Of a stretch of DNA of 64,000 bases, positions 63,401 through 64,000 are shown in pieces. Each line of letters opens with the position of its first letter. The first letter of the stretch is position 1. The notes under the pieces were generated by a model. That model was not told the origin of the DNA. It ran no database searches and saw only the letters and a list, made by a program, of their open reading frames with translations. The position numbers were made by a program, and so were the translations under genes. The DNA lies in the NCBI GenBank assembly GCA_030141605.1, contig JAQGDQ010000959.1, positions 1 to 64,000 of the forward strand, in the 5' to 3' direction. This DNA comes from Tubiluchus corallicola. Taxonomy: Eukaryota > Animalia > Priapulida.

Positions 63401-63729
63401 TATCCTGCTAGATACAACTATTTTTCCCTGGCAGTTCTGTAATTCGCAAACCATAATTCCAATTTGCCAAATATAAACACATTATACAGACTTGCAATAA
63501 TAATAAGAAAAAAATTAATAATACCAACATAACCATACAGAATTAAGTATAAATGGCGTGACAAGAAACAAAATATTATTATAAACTACTAAATAAATGA
63601 AGCTCGACTCCAGTGAGTCATAACTAACTACTCGCAGTTTAAAAATTAAAATTCGTACAAAGAAACTCTACCTGAATCTCCAACAACCAAAAGTTTAACT
63701 TTGTCCAAATCTGTACTGAAAGCTGCCAT
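57410..63729 (-). CDS. RABL3: Rab-like protein 3, small GTPase, 247 aa
   Basis: Minus-strand exons 63729-63672, 62860-62769, 62209-62092, 60628-60523, 59692-59527, 59422-59351 and 57541-57410 (TAG). 744 nt, GT-AG phases consistent. [72 protein letters not shown] and [26 protein letters not shown] match recalled RABL3. Confidence 0.95.
58062..58881. repeat. Minisatellite, 43-bp unit, about 19 copies, in the last RABL3 intron
   Basis: Unit TAAGCGATGCGCTAGAGCGAGTAGCTTCTGATT(A/G)TGCATCCAC. Confidence 0.97.
61363..61914 (-). mobile_element. Kolobok-type MITE family A, full length, reverse orientation, in a RABL3 intron
   Basis: TTAA-AGGAAGATCGGATGATTGT...AATCGTCCGTTTTTCCT-TTAA. Confidence 0.88.
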
Positions 63730-64000
63730 ACTGTAATTTGCGTAACAAATTTAACAACAGAAAAAAAACGAAAATTATTTCACGCGACCTGCCTGCGCCG
63801 TGGTAGTGGTAGTGGTGGGCGATAATAATCCTGTTTTCCTTCAATGAATTAAACTGAATATCAAAGTTTTTGAATCCTAACTGAATTCGAATTCACTGCA
63901 TGCGTTTTAAATGTTTTCGAACAAATTTTTGAATAACTAATAAAAGCGGTCGTATAGGACAAAAAGTTCATTTATACTATCACTGTTACTGGATTATATC

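Overview
AT-rich, intron-rich genomic DNA from an animal, most likely an invertebrate; the taxon cannot be resolved by eye. Three spliced protein-coding genes can be rebuilt with consistent GT-AG phases: the 3' part of TRAPPC10 (+, 8 exons, 1261-12817), a complete four-and-a-half-LIM (FHL2-like) CDS (+, 5 coding exons, 49324-55634, 274 aa) and a complete RABL3 (-, 7 exons, 63729-57410, 247 aa). The rest is mostly repetitive: about a dozen TTAA-flanked Kolobok-type MITEs of three families, Tc1/pogo and hAT MITEs, a 2.4-kb Mutator-like element with a 9-bp TSD carrying decayed CaRF-like exons, LINE fragments, a tRNA-headed SINE, and about ten unrelated minisatellites (19-80 bp units). The most unusual object is a 5S-rRNA-headed element whose 3' end is the end of an RTE LINE ORF, a probable SINE3 of bipartite RTE type. 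Nearly all long ORFs in the supplied track are artefacts of tandem repeats. There is no CRISPR array or prokaryotic system. Homology calls come from recalled protein and repeat motifs; no database search was run.
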